From Phyllobates terribilis (taxonomy: Eukaryota): DNA of 64,000 bases. The position numbers and the translations under genes were made by a program. The notes beneath the pieces are model-generated. The model saw only the letters and a program-made list of their open reading frames with translations. It did not search any database and was not told where the DNA came from. Numbering within the stretch: position 1 is the stretch's first letter; the number at the start of each line of letters is the position of its first letter. This document shows positions 12,208 through 24,958 of this stretch, one piece after another. The DNA lies in contig NW_027362769.1 in assembly GCF_046119375.1 (NCBI RefSeq), positions 359,228,001 through 359,292,000 on the forward strand, written 5' to 3'.

Positions 12208-14063
12208 AGAGTTTATTTTTGACGCCGTTCCTTGTGCGGTATAAATGATTAGACGACTTTATTCTTCAGGTCGGTGTGATTACAGCAATGCCAGAATCAT
12301 ATGGGGTTTTTATGACTGACAGCTGTCACACACTAAAAGACGCATTTTTTGTAAAATCTAGTTTTTGCATCGCCATATTTTGAGAGCTATAATTTTTCCA
12401 GATTTTGGCAGACAGTCATGTGACGGCTCGTTTTTTGCGGGATGACTTGACGTTGTTATTGGTGCCATTTTCAGGCACGTGACATTTTTTGATCGCTTTC
12501 TATTCCGATTTTTGGGAGGCAGAATAAACAAAAACCAACAATTCAGGAATTGTTTTTTTTTTTTTTTTATTCTGTTCCGCGTGTGGTAAAATTGATGAGG
12601 TAGCTTTATTCTTCGGGTCAGTACGTTTACAGCGGAACCACATTTGTATCATTTTTCTATGTTTTGGTGCTTATACACAATAAAAGCTGTTTTATAGAAA
12701 AAAATATTTTTTAGCATCGCTTTATTCTGAGAGCTATAACTTTTTTATTTTTCGGCTGATGGAGCTGTATGGCGGCTTGTTTTTTGCGGGACGAGATGAC
12801 GTTTTCAGCGGTACCATTTTTATTTATATGCGTCTATTTGATCGCGTGTTATTCCACTTTTTGTTTGGCGGTATGGTGATAAAGCATTGTTTTTTGCTTA
12901 GTTTTTTTTTGCTTCGTTAACTAGTGGGACAGTTTTATAGGTCAGGTTGTTCCGGACGCAGCGATACCAAATATGTGTACTTTTATTGACTTCGTTCGCA
13001 GCATCGCAGGGGTTAATGTGCTGGGAGCGGTGCAGGACCGCTCCCTGCACATAGTACCGGGTGTCAGCTGTGACAATCAGCTGACACCCGGCGGCGATCG
13101 CGCCCGCACAGCCTGTGTGCGCGCGCGATCGCGATGACGTACTAATACGGGTCTGGCCCTTAAGTCCCAGGGCACAGACGCGTATTAGTACTTCAGATGT
13201 TGTTAAGGGGTTAAAGAATTGTGTCTTTATTTCAATTAAAGGACTTTTTTCTGGGTGTTTGTGGTTTTTTTTAACTTTCACTATGGGGTTAGTAATGGGG
13301 GTATCTTATAGACGTCTCTCCATTACTAACCTGGGCTTGATGTCAGCTGGCATTATAAGCTGACGTGGGTATTACCCCCTTCCCAGGCTTCAAACATCTG
13401 CCCCAGCCGTCTGCTTAACCTCTGCTAGAGGCTAAAATTACGGGGAACAACACTCCAATTCTTTTTTTAATAAATCCTTTATTTTAACACTAAATGACAA
13501 GTACAGAAACCAACACTGTCACGGTACTTATTATATATGTGACTGACATGTTTCTATCTATCTATGTGTGATGCTCTATTCTTTCTGTTCAAAATTGTCG
13601 GGTACCGGTGTATGCCGCTGATGAATTGCCGGCCGACTTTTTTAAAGAGATGGGTGCATGAAAACAGTATTATTTTTTTTTTATAAATCCTTTATTTTAA
13701 CACTAAATAACAAGTACAATAACCAACACTGTCACTGTACTTGTTATATATGTGACTGACATGTTTCTATCTATCTAATCTATGTGTGATGCTCTATTCT
13801 TTCTGTTCTAAATTGTCGGGTACCGGTTTATGCCGCTGATGAATTGCCGGCTTTTCATGCTTCACTGTGAGCACTGTTCCCATCGATTTTGGCAATCACT
13901 ATAATTCCACAACCACCATGGCTCTAAATGCTCTAAATAGCACCAAACATGCAGGACGGGGACCCGAGCATCCGCCCCAGCATCTCGAAAGTACTCGGCG
14001 AGCTCCGAGCATCTCGAGTACTGAGATGCTCAGGCGAGTACCGAGCAGTGGCGAGCATGAATC

Positions 14064-14937
14064 AGGACTTTTCTCACCTTTGACTCGGCAAAAACTCTTA
14101 CTTTCGCTCTTATTCATTCTCGTCTTGACTATTGCAACGCTCTACTAATCGGTCTCCCTCTTACTAAACTCTCCCCTCTCCAATCCGTCCTGAACGCAGC
14201 AGCCAGGATCATATTCCTCGCCAACCGCTACTCAGATGCCTCTTCCCTGTGCCAGTCATTGCATTGGTTGCCCATCCAATATAGAGTTCGTTTTAAACTT
14301 ATCACGCTTACCCACAAAGCGCTCCATGCTTCAGTACCCCCCTACATCTCCTCCCTTGTCTCAGTCTACCACCCTACACGTGCCCTCCGTTCTGCAAATG
14401 ACTTGAAACTAAAATCCTCCATAATCCGAACTTCCCACTCCCGTCTCCAAGATTCCTCGCGTGCTGCGCCAATTCTCTGGAATGCACTACCCAGGACAGT
14501 TCGATTAATTCCCAATACCCACAGTTTCAAGCGAACCCTAAAAACACATTTCTTTAGACTGGCGTATCACCTAAACACACTCTGTCCATCCCAGCTTTCC
14601 CCCATATTAAAATCTTCTTCAACTTCGGGTTCAAACCAACCATGCACATAAAAGCCTCTGTCAGGACTGCACACATACTGGCTGGCGACCAGTCCATGTA
14701 TTATTATTTATCCTATTCAGTAAATCAAGGCTGCATTATACAATATATGTACTTTTTACCTTTTGTGTCTCCCCCACTTCCTCATAGACTGTAAGCTCGC
14801 GAGCAGGGCCCTCACTCCGTTCGATATGAGATATGCTTATTCTGTATTGTCTGTATAAGTCCCCCCTAAAATTTGTAAAGTGCTGCGGAATATGTTGGCG
14901 CTATAAAAATAAACTATTATTATTATATTATATTATT
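14064..14937 (+). mobile_element. L2 LINE 3' fragment inserted into a hAT MITE
   Basis: Encodes the L2 ORF2 C-terminus (HSRLDYCNALL, HWLPIQYRVRFK, PPYISSL). It has an L2-type 3' end (GACTGTAAGCTC...AATAAAC followed by an ATT-rich tail). The host MITE resumes with ATGCTCGCTCATCACTA at 14938-14953. Confidence 0.85.
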
Positions 14938-14993
14938 ATGCTCGCTCATCACTAGTGTTTACACTGTACCACTGTCACGTGTGAGGTGATCTG

Positions 14994-15600
14994 TAGTGAT
15001 GAGCGAGCACTAAAATGCTCGGGTGCTCGAAGCTCGAGTCGAGCAACGAGCCCAATGTAATTCTATGGGAAACTCGAGCATTTTTCTGGCGGTCCCCCCC
15101 GGAGGTCTGCAGAAGGTCAAAAATTGCCCAAATCGATGGGAACAGTGCTCAATTAAACGGCAGACAGGCAGGGTATATAGGAGGGTGCATGAAAAACATA
15201 GCAGGGCACTTGGAACACACTAGTGCCCTCCGATTTTCATGCACCCATCTCTTTAAAAAAGCCAGCCAGCAATTCATCAGCGGCATACACCGGTACCCGA
15301 CAATTTAGAGCAGAAAGAATAGAGCATGACACATAGATTAGATACATAGAAACATGTCAGTCACATGTATAATAAGTACAGTGACAGTGTTGGTTACTGT
15401 ACTTGTCAGTTAGTGTTAAAATAAAGGATTTATTAAAAAAAAAATTGGCGTGGGGTTCCCCGTAATTTTAGTCTCTAAGCAGACGGCTGGGGCAGATGTT
15501 TGAAGCCTGAGAAGGGGGTAATACCCACGGAGCTTCCCAGGCTACTAATATCAGCCCCCAGCTGAATACCTAGCCTTTACTAGCTATTAAAATGGGGGAC
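14994..15600 (+). mobile_element. hAT-family non-autonomous element (partial)
   Basis: Starts TAGTGATGAGCGAGCACTAAAATGCTCG, the same TIR as 51085. It is an inverted homologue of about 13370-13870. The right boundary is approximate. Confidence 0.6.
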
Positions 15601-15924
15601 CTACAGAAATCTAATTCTTACATCATCCTAATCAATCACCACTTGTAACCTGCGTCTTTATTAGTGAAAGGATTAGTGTGCGGTTATTACTTCGATGTGA
15701 GAATTGGAGAACCAGTGATTTGACTGATGATAGAGTAGACCCTGTACAGCTCCGTGTACTGGTGACATAGAAGAACAGTGACGACGGCGGCTCCTGCTGT
15801 AGAAGCCGCATGTAGACATGGTGTGACCCTGTGCCAGTATCCGCAGCCAGAAAAGAGTGTGAACAGAGACCCTGCCCCTCTTTTTGAGGGCGGGATTAAT
15901 GGGCGTTGGGATGATTTTGGGAAT

Positions 15925-16505
<581 letters not shown>

Positions 16506-16534
16506 ATCCGTCCTACACGTCTGACTATAACAAA

Positions 16535-16576
16535 GGCTCTTTTCAGAGCCACCAAATCCTCCATAATAACGAGCTG
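16535..16576 (+). terminator. Histone 3' stem-loop and downstream element (H3)
   Basis: GGCTCTTTTCAGAGCC at 16535-16550, then ACCAA, then an HDE-like AACGAGCTG. Confidence 0.95.
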
Positions 16577-17199
16577 ATCCCTCACATCTGCTTCATATTC
16601 TGCTAAGTGTTCACTTGTGCTCAGTAACATCAGGGGCGCTCAGTTCTCTGCTCAGTCTAATTGGTATCTGGGGGGATTATTCCCTTCATTTCTGTTATAA
16701 GGGTGTGTAGAAATGATCTGATGACTACACGAAGTACATTCTACTCATTCAACCACTTAATATTCGTATCCCCACTAGTTTTCGCACCGATCCTGCCGCA
16801 CATCCAATAATATCAGCTTTATATAATGTATTAGGAGCCTGGACTGTGTTTTGAAGGAATAAATGCGCAGATTTCTTGGTGTATATGATGCGATCATTAT
16901 AGGACGTCCATTATCCAGCGCTATCTCCTGTGAACACTCGCTGACTCCTATCAGCCGCACGGGTCTGATCCTGAAAACGCATCAGGATTAAGAGACTAAT
17001 ATCCTCTGCAGCTCTGTAGTAGGTTTATCTAGATAATATTAACCGACATTTTATAAAATCCCCGCCTCCTTCTTTCAAAGTTCTCTGTAAACTGCAGTAT
17101 CTCGTTTCTTTATATTCCCGGCACTCGGAATATTGCTGGTGTGATGGAGTCACCATTGTTAGAATCAGTTCTGCACTTTGTATTATAGAAAGCGGATAC

Positions 17200-17545
17200 T
17201 GTTCCCTCGATCCTGGAAATGATAGAAATTCCTGTATGGAACCAAGAGACCATTGATCGCTCAACACAAGCAAATTTCCTGATATCCGACCGTCCTGAAA
17301 CCACGTGATCCAGAAGGACAAAGAACAGAAAAAGCCATCAGCCCCTGAGCGGGAACTTCCTATTCGGTAACTATTAACATTAGCTCCTCCCCTTCCTCTG
17401 CTGATTGGCTGAACACAGGACGTTAGGGAGTTTGAATTTCCCGCTCCTTGTAGTTTCCGCAGCTTCTACATGTAATTGTGTTACTACTTCTGCTGTGAAG
17501 AGAAGTGTCCGGTCTATAGATAAACTCCACTGAGCACATTCATGT
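17200..17545 (-). promoter_or_regulatory. Repeated non-coding E2F/CCAAT module, copy 1
   Basis: Reverse-complement homologue of 18320-18462 and 22570-22880. Contains GCGGGAA sites in both orientations and a CCAAT box. Confidence 0.6.
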
Positions 17546-18319
17546 AGTCACCTTCCAGATCACAGTGTATTCTCCATTGGATATGGGACCACTGGAATGA
17601 GAATCAATCAGCTGCTCAGTGATTATGTTATTTATACGGTTCCTTTTTTATTTGCCCAATCTGAGCTGTTGTCTTTATCTTCTACAGGAAGATAACAAAT
17701 GTTCTCTAAGTGCAAATCCTCAAATGAAGAAACAAGTGATATCTGAGTTTTATGATCTTTGTCAATTACAATACAAGTGTTATTAGGAGAAAGTAAATAT
17801 TGTCATTTCTGATGAGCGGAAAATCCCAGTGGTGGCAAAATATTAAGTATCTGAGCAGTGCTGCTGACCGCGGCTTCCTCCCTGCACTGTCCTTAGAAGA
17901 GGCAATAATCCTGGCTGCCACAATCCTCCTCTGATCGTGTCCAGGCATGGTCACATGCTGCTGCTCCTGGCAAATCACCGCACCCCAAGAGCAATTCTAT
18001 CAGAAGTGACAAGCCCGTTTTGGAAACGTCACAGAGCTCAGTCAGGATCCTATAGATTAGTCACCGGGAGCAGCCAGAATGTCACATGTATTAATACATG
18101 TAGATTGTACAGAATGAAGCCATGGCAAGGGATGATGAGGGGAGTAGTAAGATGCGGAAATGACCATGGAGATGTGAATAGCATGGTAGGAATATGCTGG
18201 TATGATGGAAGTGGGGGTTAATCACTGTCAGTGCCGCTATCTGTATATTCAGCAGTGATCTGATGCTTCTACTCAGCTTCATCTCACTTGCAGGAGGTTG
18301 GTGTCGTGTCTGCCCTTTT

Positions 18320-18898
<579 letters not shown>

Positions 18899-18930
18899 TT
18901 GTATTCTCTGCTCCATCCTGACAACCCAAA

Positions 18931-18946
18931 GGCTCTTTTCAGAGCC
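18931..18946 (+). terminator. Histone 3' stem-loop (H4)
   Basis: GGCTCTTTTCAGAGCC preceded by CCAAA and followed by ACCAC. Confidence 0.95.
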
Positions 18947-19995
18947 ACCACATCTTCTAAGTGAGAGGCTACAATCTCCTGTTGCTGTGCCGGGAGCTGA
19001 TCTCTACTGTGCACTGGTGATCTCTGTATTCTGGCTGGTAGATCGCTCAGGTGTCCGGTTTGGGTGATGTGATGTGTCTTCTTATGGATCTATAACAAAT
19101 ATTACACACGGTGGATGCGGGGGAGTGGTGATACATATAGCTCTGTGCACACAGCTCATACCCTGCTGTGATGCGATTATTACAGAACAGAAATCCAAGT
19201 CTTGCCATGAGATGAATGTGTTGATTCTGCTACATGATATTTTTTCAGATCAGTGTAGGATGCAGCGAATATTCACTGCATGAGGCAGCTGGATAGATGG
19301 CCGCCCTGTGTACCCGGTATGTAGACTCCAATGTGATGACCGCGGATCTGTTTAGCCAATGAGTAGTAACCAGATATAGGGGTTTCCTCCTCCGTTTAAC
19401 TCCTTAGTGGCCGTGTGACTGCTGATCACACACATGCTTTACTCAAGCGGCTCCTTCCCCCACTACAGACCCGCAGCGCTCACATCAGGCTCCTGGTAGA
19501 ACATGAGACTTGTCTTAGTCTGTGGTGGGATCGGAACCGACACCACAGGGAATCCGCAAAGAATAATACGCGGGTGAGTGAGGAGCCTCCTGCACGTGTA
19601 GATGGAGCGGAGAAGCATCAGATCACTGCTGAATATACAGATAACGGCACTGATTGGAATTAACCCCCTCTCCCCCTACATGAGGATTGTGTGGAGCGCA
19701 GAAAACCCAAGCAAAGTAATCGTCCAATTTATAGGTTTTGTGGAATAAAAAACATAATGACTGGACTCCATGCTTAATCTTCCCCTACGGAAATATTTAC
19801 CAGTCATCCCTTGTACACTGCTGAATATACTAGATCACTGCACCATCACCACACCAGTAACATGTAGCAGGATCTACCTGTGCATTTAATGCTTCTACTC
19901 TATAGTAAACAATGTATCGTGTAGTTCTATCTGACGCTGCAGGCGATGGTTCTCTTATCCACCAGCGGTGCCGGCTCTGATGAGGAGGATGTGGT

Positions 19996-20011
19996 GGCTC
20001 TTAGAAGAGCC
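19996..20011 (-). terminator. Histone 3' stem-loop (H2A)
   Basis: Minus strand reads CCAAA-GGCTCTTCTAAGAGCC-ACCAC. Confidence 0.95.
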
Positions 20012-20045
20012 TTTGGTTGTTCGGACAGATGTGGAGGAGCGGCGC

Positions 20046-21151
<1,106 letters not shown>

Positions 21152-21185
21152 NNNNNTCCGTCTGCTGCTCCGCTATCACCCCAAA

Positions 21186-21201
21186 GGCTCTTCTAAGAGC
21201 C
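21186..21201 (+). terminator. Histone 3' stem-loop (H2B)
   Basis: CCAAA-GGCTCTTCTAAGAGCC-ACCAC. Confidence 0.95.
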
Positions 21202-21207
21202 ACCACC

Positions 21208-22335
21208 CCGTCTACATCGGAGCTGTGGCTGCTCCTGTGTCCTCTGCCGTCTACATCGGAGCTGTGGCTGCTCCTGTGTCCTCTGCCGTCTACATCGGAG
21301 CTGTGGCTGCTCCTGTGTCCTCTGCCGTCTACATCGGAGCGGTGGCTGCTCCTGTGTCCTCTCCCGTCTACATCGGAGCGGTGGCTGCTCCTGTGTCCTC
21401 TCCCGTCTACATCAGAGCTGTGGCTGCTCCTGTGTCCTCTCCCGTCTACATCAGGGCTGTGGCTGCTCCTGTGTCCTCTCCCGTCTCCATCAGAGCTGTG
21501 GCTGCTCCTGTGTCCTCTCCCGTCTCCATCAGAGCTGTGGCTGCTCCTGTGTCCTCTCCCGTCTCCATCAGGGCTGTGGCTGCTCCTGTGTCCTCTCCCG
21601 TCTACATCAGAGCTGTGGCTGCTCCTGTGTCCTCTCCCGTCTACATCAGAGCTGTGGCTGCTCCTGTGTCCTCTCCCGTCTACATCAGAGCTGTGGCTGC
21701 TCCTGTGTCCTCTCCCGTCTACATCAGAGCGGTGGCTGCTCCTGTGTCCTCTCCCGTCTACATCAGAGCGGTGGCTGCTCCTGTGTCCTCTGCCGTCTAC
21801 ATCAGAGCTGTGGCTGCTCCTGTGTCCTCTGCCGTCTCCATCAGAGCTGTGGCTGCTCCTGTGTCCTCTGCCGTCTCCATCAGAGCTGTGGCTGCTCCTG
21901 TGTCCTCTCCCGTCTACATCAGAGCTGTGGCTGCTCCTGTGTCCTCTCCCGTCTACATCAGGGCTGTGGCTGCTCCTGTGTCCTCTCCCGTCTACATCAG
22001 GGCTGTGGCTGCTCCTGTGTCCTCTGCCGTCTACATCAGAGCTGTGGCTGCTCCTGTGTCCTCTCCCGTCTACATCAGAGCTGTGGCTGCTCCTGTGTCC
22101 TCTCCCGTCTACATCAGAGCGGTGGCTGCTCCTGTGTCCTCTGCCGTCTACATCAGAGCTGTGGCTGCTCCTGTGTCCTCTCCCGTCTCCATCAGAGCTG
22201 TGGCTGCTCCTGTGTTCTCTCCCGTCTACATCAGAGCTGTGGCTGCTCCTGTGTCCTCTCCCGTCTACATCAGAGCTGTGGCTGCTCCTGTGTCCTCTCC
22301 CGTCTACATCAGAGCTGTGGCTGCTCCTGTGTTCT
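21208..22335 (+). repeat. 39-bp minisatellite, about 29 copies, whose unit contains the H2B histone downstream element
   Basis: Unit CCGTCTACATCAGAGCTGTGGCTGCTCCTGTGTCCTCTC. It begins 6 nt after the stem-loop. The paralogous H2B has a single copy at 50385-50423. Confidence 0.95.
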
Positions 22336-22569
22336 GTCTATTCACAGGGTAAATGGCAGGTGGCGCTAGTAGAGCTGATTAACTCTTTCCTAGACTGATA
22401 GTGAAACCTATGAATGAGTCCTTCACAGCTCTGATCCTTTCAGTAATCTTATGAGCGAGTTGTCCTGTGTTCAGTGGCTTTTTACTCCACCCCTTGCTCC
22501 CCAGATCTGATATTCCGGGGTCTCCTTCATCCTGTATAACATGATTCGGTTAGTTCATGTTTCTCCGAA

Positions 22570-22880
22570 TAACATGAGACATTTGTGTAGAATTTATCTA
22601 TAATTCCGGACACTTCTTTTCACAGCGGAAGAAATTACATCATTACATTTAGAAGTTGTGGAAACTACAATGAGCGGGAAATTCATAATCCGCAGAGGAA
22701 GAGGAGGAGCTAATGTTACCAATGGGTGAATTCCCGCTCAGTGCTTGATGGATTTTCTGTTCTTTGTCATCATATAACACGTGGTCCTATGTCGGGCCGA
22801 TATCGGGAACACCTGCATGTGTGCAGCGATTATTCCTCGTTTACATCACATACAGGAGTCTGTAGAGTTTCGGGATTAGG
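22570..22880 (+). promoter_or_regulatory. Repeated non-coding E2F module, copy 3 (orphan)
   Basis: GGAAACTACAATGAGCGGGAAATTCA...GGAGCTAATGTT...GAATTCCCGCTCAG...TTTTCTGTTCTTTGTC aligns with the reverse complement of 17200-17545. Confidence 0.6.
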
Positions 22881-23149
22881 GCAGCAGATCTTTTTCTTCA
22901 GTACATTGCATCACAATCACTGATCGGGGATTTATCCTACAAGAGACATTTCTAGAAAGATCAATTCTACTTTCCCATGCAGATCTCATTATGTCTCCCC
23001 GATCATCTCCTCAGCAGTTTTCCAGTAATCCATTTACAGATCAATTCTACAGCTAAAGGCAGGAGGTTTGTGACAGGACACGTACGATTGTGGATTGCAG
23101 ATTGCTGAGAGTTCATTGCTCAAAACATTACACTCTGCTGTCAGGAGCC

Positions 23150-23653
23150 TATAGGTCAGGCATGCAGTATAGGTCAGGCATGCAGTATAGGTCAGGCATG
23201 CAGTATAGGTCAGGCATGCAGTATAGGTCGGGCATGCAGTATAGGTCAGGCATGCAGTATAGGTCGGGCATGCAGTATAGGTCGGGCATGCAGTATAGGT
23301 CAGGCATGCAGTATAGGTCAGGCATGCAGTATAGGTCAGGCATGCAGTATAGGTCGGGCATGCAGTATAGGTCGGGCATGCAGTATAGGTCGGGCATGCA
23401 GTATAGGTCAGGCATGCAGTATAGGTCAGGCATGCAGTATAGGTCGGGCATGCAGTATAGGTCGGGCATGCAGTATAGGTCGGGCATGCAGTATAGGTCG
23501 GGCATGCAGTATAGGTCGGGCATGCAGTATAGGTCGGGCATGCAGTATAGGTCAGGCATGCAGTATAGGTCAGGCATGCAGTATAGGTCAGGCATGCAGT
23601 ATAGGTCAGGCATGCAGTATAGGTCAGGCATGCAGTATAGGTCAGGCATGCAG
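23150..23653 (+). repeat. 18-bp minisatellite, 28 copies
   Basis: Unit TATAGGTC(A/G)GGCATGCAG. Confidence 0.97.
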
Positions 23654-23744
23654 TTAGATCCTCAGTCATCACATCCTCCTCAGGAGATTCTTTCCTGCTC
23701 AGGTACTGATCGCTCTTCTGCTCTTTCTCTTGTCCTCTCCCTCT

Positions 23745-23960
23745 TTATCCACTGACACTGAACATGGGCCCCGTCTCCTCCCAACCGAGAGAAGCTCCGC
23801 ACTCCAGTTGTGCTTCCCTGCCCGGATAATGTCTATCGTACAGAAAGCGGATTGTACGATGTGGAGACGATCTGGAGCTGCTGAGACCCCAGAAGGGTAA
23901 CACAGGCGATGGTCTCCGCTGACTGCCACCTCCCTGACCTGTAATATAAGTACACCCCAC
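23745..23960 (-). pseudogene. Decayed orphan copy of the H1 promoter/upstream region
   Basis: The reverse complement matches 63060-63190 and 63445-63535, including GGGCAGGGAAGCACAA, the GC box and TCAGTGTCAG. The CCAAT box is lost and no H1 CDS follows. Confidence 0.75.
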
Positions 23961-24061
23961 TATTGTGCAAAAGGTGAACTACTGAGAGAAGACACAAAAT
24001 GAAGCGTCTACACATAGAGCACAGCTGTATATAGTGCACAGACTGCACAACAATTATATAC

Positions 24062-24958
24062 AGCAGTGTGTACAGTATATAGAGCAGTGTGTACAGTATA
24101 TAGAGCTGCCTGTACAGTATATAGAGCAGTGTGTACAGTATATAGAGCTGCCTGTACAGTATATAGAGCAGTGTGTATAGTATATAGAGCAGTGTGTACA
24201 GTATATAGAGCAGTGTGTACAGTATATAGAGCTGCCTGTACAGTATATAGAGCAGTGTGTGCAGTATATAGAGCAGAGTGTACAGTATATAGAGCAGTGT
24301 GTACAGTATATAGAGCTGCCTGTACAGTATATAGAGCAGTGTGTGCAGTATATAGAGCAGAGTGTACAGTATATAGAGCTGCCTGTACAGTATATAGAGC
24401 AGTGTGTATAATATATAGAGCCGCCTGTACAGTATATAGAGCAGTGTGTACAGTATATAGAGCAGCCTGTACATTATATAGAGCAGTGTGTACAGTATAT
24501 AGAGCAGTGTGTACAGTATATAGAGCAGTGTGTGCAGTATATAGAGCAGCCTGTACAGTATATAGAGCAGTGTGTACAGTATATAGAGCAGCCTGTACAG
24601 TATATAGAGCAGCGTGTGCAGTATATAGAGCAGTGTGTACAGTATATAGAGCAGCCTGTACATTATATAGAGCAGTGTGTACAGTATATAGAGCAGCGTG
24701 TACAGTATATAGAGCAGTGTGTACAGTATATAGAGCAGCGTGTACAGTATATAGAGCAGTGTGTACAGTATATAGAGCAGCATGTACAGTATATAGAGCA
24801 GCCTGTACAGTATATAGAGCAGTGTGTACAGTATATAGAGCAGTGTGTATAGTATATAGAGCAGCCTGTACAGTATATAGAGCAATGTGTATAATATATA
24901 GTGCCGCCTGTACAGTATATAGAGTAGCCTGTACAGTATATAGAGTAGCCTGTATAGT
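24062..24958 (+). repeat. 21-bp minisatellite (about 43 copies)
   Basis: Unit GTGTACAGTATATAGAGCAGT. It continues at 26990-27380 after an insertion and has an inverted paralogue at 62520-62845. Confidence 0.95.

Larger units (their letters stand above)
9261..13210 (-). mobile_element. Non-autonomous TTAA-specific (piggyBac-like) element, sister of 197-4239 in opposite orientation
   Basis: TTAA at 9257-9260 and 13211-13214. Terminal CCCCTTAA / TTAAGGGG. 9300-9900 is the reverse complement of about 3600-4210, and 12290-12990 of about 860-1600. Confidence 0.7.
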
